Source of the DNA: Octopus bimaculoides
Lineage: Eukaryota
Direction of reading: 5' to 3'
DNA length: 64,000 nt
NCBI RefSeq assembly: GCF_001194135.2
Contig: NC_068984.1
Location: 60,949,859-61,013,858, forward strand
The position numbers and the translations under genes are program-made. Shown here piece by piece: positions 53,433-64,000 of this stretch. The stretch's first letter is position 1; each line of letters opens with the position of its first letter. Below the pieces are notes generated by a model. That model was not told the origin of the DNA, ran no database searches, and worked only from the letters and a program-made list of their open reading frames with translations.

Positions 53433-53723
53433 AAATGATAATAATATTTTATGAGCTGAAAGCTCATAAGCGATCACCGTGTATTGACTAAAGAAAATAG
53501 TCTAATATTGGGGCATGTAAGACATCGACGGAAAAATATGGGTTTTCCATACGCGTAGCACTCGAACCCACAACAATATATTATCGCGATAAGTGTGCTA
53601 CCATTTACACCAACGTACTCACTCACGTATTCCCGTCGAGGGCTTATAAGCTCCAATATTTGTTTTGGTCAATATACGGTGATTGCTTATTAGCTTTAAG
53701 CTCATAAAGTAACATTATTATTT
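53433..53723. mobile_element. MITE/foldback element (~290 bp) with long imperfect terminal inverted repeats
   Basis: aaatgataataatattttatgagctgaaagctcataagcgatcaccgtgtattgac... pairs with ...gtcaatatacggtgattgcttattagctttaagctcataaagtaacattattattt; inner tcgacgg/ccgtcga also pair. Confidence 0.8.
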
Positions 53724-53763
53724 ATAGGATATATATATATATATATATATANNNNNNNNNNGA

Positions 53764-53869
53764 ATAAATTGTAAATCCAAAAAATAACAACAAAAATACA
53801 AAAAAAAAAAATAACAACACCGCAGAATCCTTTGTATTTTTGTTGTTATTTTTGGGATTTACAATTTAT
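53764..53869. repeat. 39-bp near-perfect inverted repeat with 28-nt spacer
   Basis: 53764-53802 versus 53831-53869 differ by one mismatch. Confidence 0.9.
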
Positions 53870-53986
53870 ATATATATATAGGCGAAGGTATGAGAGGTAT
53901 TGGTATCTAGAAGACCCCAAAAATGGACAGACCGTAGGTTCGATAGTGATACAGATGACGAGTATAATGTGGGTCTTGTATTTACA

Positions 53987-54025
<39 letters not shown>

Positions 54026-54097
54026 CAAAATGAGATAACAAAGCCAATGCTGTGAGGTGTTTGCAGGACATTTATAAAGAAAAAGCTATAGATATAG

Positions 54098-54143
54098 TCT
54101 TACAGCTGTTTCTAGGATATTATGGATATCCCTTCATCAGAGA
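54098..54143 (-). ncRNA. Minimal hammerhead motif (left arm), near intact
   Basis: The minus strand reads TCT-CTGATGA-A-GGGATAT-ccata-ATATCCT-A-GAAA-CAGCTGT-A-AGA, with palindromic ACAGCTGT and a GUA triplet. Confidence 0.6.
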
Positions 54144-54523
54144 GGATGAAGGTAAATGTTTGAGTTCGAAATAAGGAATTATTATGGGAAATGAGAAGAT
54201 AGGGAATATAGAGGGAAATGAGACAATGAAAGTTGAAATAAAATATAAAATATGTAAAGATATTGCAATTTCAGTTCCATTATTCGTGGAAAATGGTATA
54301 TAGAAGTGGTAAAAATGTTTCCTGTACATGGTATGTAAGTTCCAATAGCATGTATGTTCCAATAATAGTTCCTCGAATAATGTAACTGCAGCTACCATAT
54401 CTTTATATATTTTATATTTTATTTCTACTTCCATTCTTTCATTTCATTCTTTATTCCTTATTTTCCATAACAATTCCTTATTTCGAACTCAAATATTTAC
54501 CTCTATTTAACCATTTCACATCT

Positions 54524-54570
54524 TCTCTGATGAAGGGATATTCATAATATCCCAGATACAGCTGTGAGAC
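54524..54570 (+). ncRNA. Minimal hammerhead motif (right arm), inactivated
   Basis: TCT-CTGATGA-A-GGGATATT-cat-AATATCCC-A-GATA-CAGCTGT-G-AGA, with GAAA changed to GATA and a GUG triplet. Confidence 0.5.
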
Positions 54571-55172
54571 TATATCTATATCGTTTTCCTCATAGATGTC
54601 TTGAAAACTACTCACAGCCTTGGATTTTTTAAATCACATTTTGTCTAATAAGCACCAAAGGAGCACTATATTTTACGAAGTCACGCTGTTTTATTTTCAA
54701 TTTCCGATCCGAATAGATCATTCTAATATTTTACGACTTCCAAGTTATCATATAGAATTGACACTCTCCCCCATTTTAAGTATTCTAACTTACTTCATTT
54801 ATATTTCTCTTATGGATAGTTATTGAGGTGAGTTTAGATATAATATTTTCGTGGTTAATGCCCTCTTAATTGAAACCTGATACCGTTTTAGAAAGAACGA
54901 GTTACATGAAACAAGCGGCAAGAATTTACAATTCATATGGAAACCAAATACCGTAAACAACTACTGCAAAATACATTACTTTCATTCGTTGTTTTGAACA
55001 CCTGATCTTTGTTATGGGATTTGCCACACCTACGCTTTGTGCGTATAGGATACTGTATCTGCTTGTAAATAGCATTAATTTACAACTGAGATAATCAGAG
55101 CCGTGTTAACGGGAGAGATTTTATACATACATTACATACATACATACATACATACATACACACATACATACA

Positions 55173-55208
<36 letters not shown>

Positions 55209-55640
55209 TGTTTGCAACTAGATTCGCTTGTTGTGCGACAATTATTCCATTCGGGCTTCGGCTCTTATTGTTAATCTCGTTAAGCTCCCACCGTTGCTTA
55301 TTCACATGGGACCCTGCACATTCTGGAGTGGGCTGTAACATGGTATAAGAGGACATCAATAACGGGGAAGATGTTCTGTGTTTTCTAATTATGTGTGTGT
55401 ATGTGTGTGTATAAATATATACACATATATTTATGTAAATACATACACACACAAACACACACACGCATAATCACACATATATATATATACATATATATAT
55501 ATATATTTATACATATATATATATTTAAAAACACACGTGCACACGCACATATCGACGATACACATGATACATACATACTCGCGCATACGTACGTGTGTAT
55601 GTATGATATGTATACATATATACGATATATATAAAATATT

Positions 55641-55733
<93 letters not shown>

Positions 55734-55931
55734 TAATGAAACTTGTGTAAAGTCGGGACAATGCGAGAAGGTAGACATTAAACTACAAGAGGAAACTAAA
55801 AACTAAACAAAGTAAACCTGCAATCTCTTTAAAGTTATACAAAACAATGTTTTACCGAATCCACTTCATTTTCACACACACACACGCACATACACGTATG
55901 TATGTATGTATGTATGTATATATATACACAC

Positions 55932-55973
<42 letters not shown>

Positions 55974-56699
55974 TTAGCTTTCTCGTTCAGCATTCTGTGT
56001 TTGTAATCTGTACGGAAGAGTCATGGTTTTCCATTCTTCGAAAGTGAATACAATATGTTGCAGAGCATATAATGAAGTCCAATCAACCGACGAAACCTAA
56101 TCCCAGCCGAGAGTGATACGGTACTTAATAGAACAAAAACCAAACAAAATCAATATTATTGATTTCTTTCGTGATTACACGATCTTATATTTACTCTTTC
56201 TTGAGAATATTGTTGCAGTAAATGAAGTGAAAAGCCTTTAAACTCCGCATTAAACATAGAGCACCCTCTCGGTTTATACTATATAGCCTTATCGTAATTC
56301 AAAAGTTGTTAGGATTACTAATTTAGGTGATTCTGTATCAAGGTTAGATTGCAAGTAATAAATTTTTTAATTGTATAAAGTTCGTTAATTTAGTATTCCC
56401 TGGGGAGACAAGAACCCTGATTATTAGAACAAATTCCTTTATCGAATGAAAAGCATTAAATACGGATGTGGTAGCTCTATAAGCATGGGGTCTTGCGTAC
56501 AATTATTCTCTTAACCAGAGTCTAATATTTGAGAAAGTGTTTTGTGAAGCTGTTGGTTAATCATTATTCAGTCGGAATTATATACCCAATTTTGAACAGA
56601 AAATTACCACTTATGGCCCTGAACCGTTCAAGAATGGACAAATCCCCACAAAATTGAAAGCCCATTAGAAAAGTAAAATCTGTTGATATCACTCAAAAG

Positions 56700-58160
56700 T
56701 ATTAGGTGAAAAAATATTTGAACCTCAATTTAATGTAATTATTGACTACTTAAAGCGGTTTCCAAGATATTATTTTTTACCCACTACTAGCTTTCTCTTT
56801 GTCCTCATTCCACTATGCTTGTATACGTTATCTTTGAAAACAGGACATTCATCTTCCAACTGTTATTCTTTTTATTAATATTTTATTGGCGGTTCTAGAA
56901 GGACTGCTTTTGCAGAGTAAGTCCACAGATTCGTTTCGCTTTGTAATGCTACTGTTTACTGTGAATACTAGGTAGCTCTCATCCGAAACTTTTTCCACTC
57001 AATTAGATTCACCACTACGCACACGTACATTTCAAGCACGAAAGTACTTCTGGTCTTTTCAAACAAACAAGACCGGGGATCCTAGCAATGCATCTCAGAC
57101 TTTGCACCATTGAGCTAGTTTCTGGTCTTACAACATTCTTCAATCACTCCCTACATGCTTAAATCCAACTTACGAAAATACACATTAGTGATTACATTCT
57201 CAAGAAGAGCAGCACTTCTAATCCTGCACATTTCCATCCAATTGCAATCACTTCACAAGCTCAAAAGTTGAGGAACCAGTGGTTAACGGGAACCTTTTAC
57301 AACACCTAGGAATCTCGCTTCTTTTTTTTAATTACAAAGAATGTTTTCAAAGCAGTATCAAAAGTTTGTAATACCATTGATGCATACACGCCGTCCAGTC
57401 AAAGACCAAATTTCAAAACCGAAAACAAAAAAACGGTGGTTTTTACTAGATCACTTTCAGCTAACTACATGGCCTTTACGTGAAAGAAAAGGGGATATGG
57501 TCGAGTAGAGCGATCTGGTTACAACCGTTCACTAGATCTATTAACTAAGAAATATTCATTAGTTTAAGACGTTAATTTGGATCTGGAAACGAAGGAATTG
57601 ATACCTAGTTTTTAGTTACGCATTTCGAGGTAATCATTTAGCTGACTTGCAGTGTCATGGATTTAACACTACTAAGTAACATTTATGCAACTAAGCGAAA
57701 TAATTTTTAGGCAACATTGACTTTCATTCCAGTAATAAGCGTAAGTTCATTTCAATGTTTTTAGAAGAGTTATTATCCTCTTAAAGCATTGATGGTGTAA
57801 TTGGCTCCAAGAACCTGTGAAAATTCCCTTTAAAAATGGATAGTGATAACTGCAGGTATACTTCATTGTAAAGGGAAGAAATCTTACTATCGATCTCATT
57901 TAAAAGTAACACTGTATCTGCTTGATTATTATTCGTTTGGAGAATGTAAATATTCTCTAACAAGCTACATCTGGAGTAGCTGGATAACGATTCTAATTAA
58001 TTTTTCTCCGCTGTTGCAGTGTCGAATCAATGACAAAAATATTGATGCAGAGCAAGAACAAGCAATTGTAAATTGCTTTTGTTGATATAAAGAAGTATCT
58101 GACAGAGTGAAAATTACAGATGTCCGGGTTGATAAAATGTCATGCAAACAAGCCAACAGG
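56700..58160 (-). pseudogene. Decayed cadherin-repeat-like coding relic
   Basis: DESYLVFTV...SSPSRTANKILIKRITV then (shifted) EDECPVFKDNVYK (56856-56818); QKQFTIACSC...SGEKLIRIVIQ (ORF 57965-58156). Confidence 0.4.
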
Positions 58161-58374
58161 TTGATGGTTCCCAGTCAATCACCAGCACCGTGTAGTGTTT
58201 TTGTCTAAAATAATTAACTGTCGCTGGTTCAGGATACTTGTTGTAAATAGTTGTCGTGAGTTAGATACAACTTACCACTTCGAACAGGGAATACAATATG
58301 ACAAATATTTTGTTAACTGGTATTGATAACTCAAGTTTTCCGTTTCGTTTGCTTGGAGAAGATAACAGAGATCT

Positions 58375-58760
58375 TGAGGATAATGTTGTTGTTGATATTG
58401 ATGTTGTTGACGATGCTGACGACGACCATCATGACGAAGACGACGACAACGATGAAGATGATGATGACGATAATGTTGACGATAAAACTTCTGACGATAC
58501 CGATGGTGATGATGTTAATGGTGATGATGATGATGATCCTGATGCTGATGATGGTATGAATGTTAATGATAGCTTTGATGACTACAACAACGATTATAAT
58601 ACTGAGGATAATGATGTTTGTGATAAGAAACACTAATTATGTTGGTGACGCTGACAACCATACTTCTGAGATCGAAGATACTGATAATGAGATTACTATG
58701 AAGTAATATGAATTTATGACAACGACTACAACGTTGATGATGATGATGACTATGTGACAA
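58375..58760. repeat. Degenerate (GAT/GAC)n trinucleotide tract
   Basis: Direct reading; it produces D-rich and M-rich pseudo-ORFs. Confidence 0.9.
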
Positions 58761-60099
58761 TGAGGACCTGAATAAAGATTATTAAACAACATTGATAATA
58801 TAGTGTCTTTTTAGAAAGAAATTAAATATACACTACATTAAACTTGATACTGTGGCTTAAATAACAATAAAAAAACTCTTTCACATTCAGTGAGTTTTCT
58901 ACGACTTCTTCGTGACTTTTCGTTTTATTATTTGAGTTAAACATCTGGGAGATGTATTGCGACGGACATAATGGCCTGTGGCAGTAACTCTTGACTTCTT
59001 ATTTCAAATCCTACCATGATGGACATTACCTTTTTCTTTCTGGTCACGATAGCATAAGATACTAGTTAAGTACTAGATTCAATTTAACTGATTCAATCCC
59101 CACCCAAATTTCTGAGCTTGGGTCTTTGTTAGAATGTATTATTTACATTATAATATAATTTTCTGTTACTAAGAAATAATAATTTCTTATATATATAAGC
59201 ACTAGGACACATTGTAGAGGATAGTATACTGTATTAAATTGAGTGGTCTTATACTTAAGACCAGTAAAATCAGACCTGTTATACTTAACAAGTCTTATCT
59301 TATCGAATTAGAGGAACGACGAAAGAAAAAAGCGTTCGTAGGTGAAATTTTGAATTTAGAATCTAAAGACACATATCTAAACTTTTGAAATTGCATTTTT
59401 TGACGTCTGGCGCGTTGCCAAATCTGCCATCTACAGCGATAATGAAGCAAACATTAAAAGTTACAACATTAGAAAAAAAGTCTAAACGACGGAGATTTTT
59501 TTGGCAAGTACTTAATGCTCATGACTGATTGTAGACATTTATCTTCCCAGCAGGCCTGCTAACATGACACTTTGTAGAATTTGTAAATTAACCGCACTAT
59601 AAAAATATGTAAATAAAATATGAAAATAAGAATAGAAAATAAATAAATAAATACCGAATCAGAAACGAAACACTTAAATTTTCTTTATTGAATTATCTCA
59701 AAGTTAAAAACATGGGCAAGAATTAGTGATACCATAAACTGTTTTCTTATTTATTTTCAAGAAAAGACATATATGTTCTATTTTCTTAACCTAATAGCAT
59801 TTCTAGAGAGCTCTGTGTAGGCAAAACTGATAGAAACTATGTTATAAAATGTTAGTTTCGTTCCCGAAATATCTGAGGTCCTGAGTTCAAATTTCATTAC
59901 GGTCATCTTAAATATTCATTCTATAAGCATAGATAATACACTAAAGAACACTTCGACTTATTTCTCATCAGCTGTAAATGACTAATGTACATAAGTTTCC
60001 GGTAAACCATAACATGGCAATGCATATCATGGTCTGTAGTTGGCATACTTTATATAAGCTACAGTTATAAGCGAATAGAATATTTCCTTTTCCTAAGAG

Positions 60100-60260
60100 G
60101 TTGCTAAGTAGGTAGTAGTGTAATCCACTTCAAATGATTGTCTACCTTTCACCCTTTCGGGCTCTATAAAATAAGTACCTGTTGAGCTCTGGGGACAATA
60201 TAATCGACTTACTCTCCGCCACGAAATTTCAGGCCTTGTGCCTATAATAAAAAGGATTAT
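60100..60260 (+). mobile_element. Decayed tRNA-derived SINE (other remnants at ~18205-18320, 48690-48940, 58960-59110, 59860-59960)
   Basis: acctttcaccctttcgggctctataaaataagtacc...aatcgacttac...gaaatttcaggccttgtgcctataa. Confidence 0.7.
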
Positions 60261-61200
60261 TTAAATTATGTGAACCTCTATCCCGCGCAAGTTGCCAAAA
60301 AATATAGCATTTTGGGTTGGTATGAAACTGATAATGTGCTGTAGTGTTTCCTAATATAAAAATTGTGACGATATGAAAAGTAAAAACGAAAGTAATCTAA
60401 ACAAAGCTAAATACACTAAAAATACAGAAACGAAACAAAAATATGTAACAGAATACAGGAAAAAAGAACAGAAAGCAAAAGAAAATGATGAAAAATTTCC
60501 ATTCTTCGGAAGCGAAAACAACATATTTTATATTTACAATTTTGAACCGCTCACTCACATTACTGAAAAGTAAACATGACTCATTACATTCATATGAGAA
60601 AACAAGACAGCTGTTCGTGGTTAACTTTCTCATTTCCTGCTAATAATATATTTTCTTTGCAGGAAAAAAACCCCAAAACACCCTGATAATCAAAATAATT
60701 TTACAAGAAACAAGAAGTGATCCATAAGAAAGCTAACTCACACACACATGCACATTCTCTCACACAAATAAAAACTCNNNNNNNNNNNNNNNNNNNNNNN
60801 NNNNNNNNNNNNNNNNNNNNNNNNNNNNNNNNNNNNNNNNNNNNNNNNNNNNNNNNNNNNNNNNNNNNNNNNNNNNNNNNNNNNNNNNNNNNNNNNNNNN
60901 NNNNNNNNNNNNNNNNNNNNNNNNNNNNNNNNNNNNNNNNNNNNNNNNNNNNNNNNNNNNNNNNNNNNNNNNNNNNNNNNNNNNNNNNNNNNNNNNNNNN
61001 NNNNNNNNNNNNNNNNNNNNNNNNNNNNNNNNNNNNNNNNNNNNNNNNNNNNNNNNNNNNNNNNNNNNNNNNNNNNNNNNNNNNNNNNNNNNNNNNNNNN
61101 NNNNNNNNNNNNNNNNNNNNNNNNNNNNNNNNNNNNNNNNNNNNNNNNNNNNNNNNNNNNNNNNNNNNNNNNNNNNNNNNNNNNNNNNNNNNNNNNNNNN

Positions 61201-61237
<37 letters not shown>

Positions 61238-61820
61238 CATACATATATATATATAGATTGATAGATAGATAAATAGATGGATACATACATATATACATAC
61301 ATACATATGGATGCACATTTCTGTATATATATATATATATGCATTTGTATATATGTATGCTTGTGCGTGTGTGTATACATACACACATATATATATACAC
61401 ATCCATACATGCACGTAGATACATTCATTTGTATATACGTATACATATATGCTTGCGTATGTGAGTGTGTGTGTGTGCGCGCGCGCGTAGTGAAGATATG
61501 AAAATGTATTTTCTTAGGGAAACTATGAAACTACATGGAAAGAAAACTGAACACGCATAATCAGATATATCACCCCTGTATATTCATATCTAGCATGAAG
61601 CAGTAAAAACAGCAATCACGGTAAAAAAAAAGGTTTATTATTACATGTGACCCCCTGACAAACTGACATTTATCCGCTCCCAACGATAAAAGACCACATA
61701 TAAGATTTATATTTTTAGTCGGACAAAATCGGTCGAAATTTTAAATGATATCATAATGTCGAAAATAGTTGAATTATCCAGGAAGCGATGCTAATCCATG
61801 AATACGCACACATTTTGCAG

Positions 61821-61871
61821 TTTGAATAATGCCATGTGCTTTCATTTGAATAATGCCATGTGCTTTCATTT
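61821..61871 (+). repeat. Perfect 24-bp tandem duplication
   Basis: tttgaataatgccatgtgctttca occurs twice in tandem. Confidence 0.95.
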
Positions 61872-62129
61872 AGAGTAACGATATTATTTATTATATTTAA
61901 GTATATCTGACAGGAATTTGGAGGGTATACTATTTATATGTTACATACCAATCTTCGGGGAGAATTGGGTCATGGCAGTTGCTATAGCTTACACTAGCTG
62001 TACATCATCGACTAGATATTTTGATGTATATTGTGCTTCACACGATTCTCTTTGATACGAAAACCTGTTATTGACGCACAAGCTGCACTTCGAATGATAC
62101 GTAAATATTTCACAAAATAAGTTGATTTT

Positions 62130-62170
<41 letters not shown>

Positions 62171-62180
62171 NNNNNNNNNN

Positions 62181-62314
62181 TTCTCCTTATTCTTTCTGTT
62201 GAAGAGCGTAGCTCGAAACGTTAAAGACTTTCTCTATTCCCGAGCGTTAAACTAATACATCCTTTTGTTGTTTACACCACCTGTCCTCGTCTGTTGTTTT
62301 TTTCGTAAATTCTG

Positions 62315-62315
<1 letters not shown>
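62181..62315 (+). mobile_element. Short PLE-derived repeat carrying a minimal HHR variant
   Basis: ttctccttattctttctgttgaagagcgtagctcgaaacgttaaagac...ttttcgtaaattct; the tail also occurs inverted at 39735-39810. Confidence 0.7.
62191..62227 (+). ncRNA. Minimal hammerhead variant with CUGUUGA core
   Basis: TCTTT-CTGTTGA-A-GAGC-gta-GCTC-GAAA-CGTT-AAAGA has a perfect 5-bp stem I, a 4-bp stem II and palindromic AACGTT. Confidence 0.55.
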
Positions 62316-62355
<40 letters not shown>

Positions 62356-62785
62356 GTAGCAAGGGTTATAATCCAATCTGTGTCCTTTGTGAAGCACATC
62401 TGCATATTCCAGTACTCCAAAATTGTGCTAGATGTTATAATTAAGGCGGGCATATGAGTTGAAAAATACTGGAAAATAGTATCTGTAAGGTAATTACATA
62501 TCAAACCAGAAGATTAAAAAAAATTTGAGGTATTATTTGCTCACCTCATTTACTAATAGAACTTATAAAGCAGTACATGTAGGGAAAGCATGTAAGATAT
62601 CTGCTTTTAGAAATTCTTCAGACAGAGATTCAAATAATATTATTTGATAGTATTATTTCAATCTCTGTCTGAAAAATGTCTAATAGGAGATACCTTACAT
62701 GTATTCCCTACAAGTGCAACTTTATAAATCCTATTAGCAAATAAAACACATGTAATGGCGAATAAATAATACCATTTTTCCAATG

Positions 62786-62866
<81 letters not shown>

Positions 62867-63934
62867 AAAATGCTTATGATATAGCTAATGCGGCGGTAAC
62901 AACGTCGGAAAATGGAGTCGGAACTGACTAATATACAAATAAATATGATAAATGCTCATGCAGAGAAAAATCAAAATGCCCATTGATGAACCTCTATATG
63001 AGTACAAATCTTGTATGTAAATGTATCGTGCACACAAAGGGATGGCCCTATGTTTACACTGGGTAAACAGCTGATTCATTTAAGAATTGTTATCGCAACC
63101 ATGTCGCCAGCTTTTAGAAAATCAATAAGACACATTAAACATCTTTGGTCGATTTTGTATGGTGACTGAAGGAGAATAAAATTAAGTAGTACATAACTTG
63201 GTCCATAGTAAGACACGCGAAAGCATACAATATAATTTCCAGAAGATGCCGACTTTGCTCCTAAAAATCCCTCTCAATTCTGTGGACCAATGAGAAAATC
63301 ATCAATAGAATTTCTGAAAGACTCTCAAGGTGCCTACACGTATTTAAATCTACTTTCGCACAATGCAATGGGAATGAATTTCAGTAACTGTTAACATAAT
63401 TTACTTAAGGTATGGATGATTTAAATTTAGTTTTAACCTCCCCATTCTTACAAACATCAAGTAGCTAATTAACTCGCTTTGCGATCTTGTGTTCACCAAA
63501 CCACACGTGTGCGTATGCTTACAGTTTCGCGGATGCCTGGATGAGCGAGTGTACAACCACCAAGCAGCTTCCGTGAAGACGTTTATACATCCATATCCGC
63601 TAACAGCTATTTTTGATACTTTTCTCGCTGTATTGCGTGATCGTTTTTTCCTTGCATCTGTGATTTTATTTTTGGTCTGTGTAAATGAAGATATTTCCTT
63701 CGTTTCGCTGCTTTTCTTTCTATGAACGGAGAAGATACTTTGCGGAACTCTTATCTTAACGAGTTGTGTCTATTTATCACTTGATGAAACACATCTGCAC
63801 CTCTGGTTGCTCCTGAAGCAGTTGCTAAGTGTTCCACCCGTGAGGAATCGATGCTAGATGTATCGAAACAATTGTCGTGATTAATAATAAATTCTCGTAT
63901 ATTCTCGCATATTTCATCTTCTGTCTTTCCTTTA

Positions 63935-64000
<66 letters not shown>

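Larger units (their letters stand above)
54085..54582. mobile_element. ~500-bp PLE-like foldback element with a hammerhead motif at the outer end of each arm
   Basis: The left arm (54085-54291) is approximately the reverse complement of the right arm (54369-54582), and each contains CTGATGA-A-GGGATAT..ATATCC(C/T). Confidence 0.85.

Noticed and set aside
58298-58636. 112-aa Asp-rich ORF
   Set aside because: It is a degenerate (GAT/GAC)n tract that is open in several frames and on both strands, with no splice or domain evidence.
59945-59971. Minus-strand CTGATGAG...CGAAG
   Set aside because: It has GAAG instead of GAAA, only a 2-bp stem II and no stem I.

Overview
This is AT-rich eukaryotic DNA from a gapped short-read scaffold, with about 17 N-runs that nearly all sit next to (TA)n, (CA)n or (GA)n microsatellites. 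The SINE, LINE and Penelope families resemble those I recall from octopod cephalopods, so Octopus is likely, but this is inference and was not searched. I can support no intact protein-coding gene; most ORFs in the track are microsatellite or N-run artefacts. The supported content has four parts. (1) Many tRNA-derived SINE copies, three decayed RLE-type (R4/Dong-like) LINE fragments, a maT/Tc1-mariner transposase tail and a MITE. (2) Several Penelope-like retroelement (PLE) ends carrying minimal hammerhead-ribozyme (HHR) motifs in at least five architectures. These include a family with a Pol III-type tRNA-like head, an (AAT)n spacer and an HHR directly downstream of a GIY-YIG tail, and a 500-bp foldback with outward-facing HHRs. 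(3) Much of the apparently unique DNA reads by eye as heavily decayed, apparently intron-poor cadherin-repeat coding sequence on both strands, suggesting a protocadherin-like pseudogene graveyard. (4) A few candidate minus-strand micro-exons. All translations and folds were done by hand; no database search or folding program was run.
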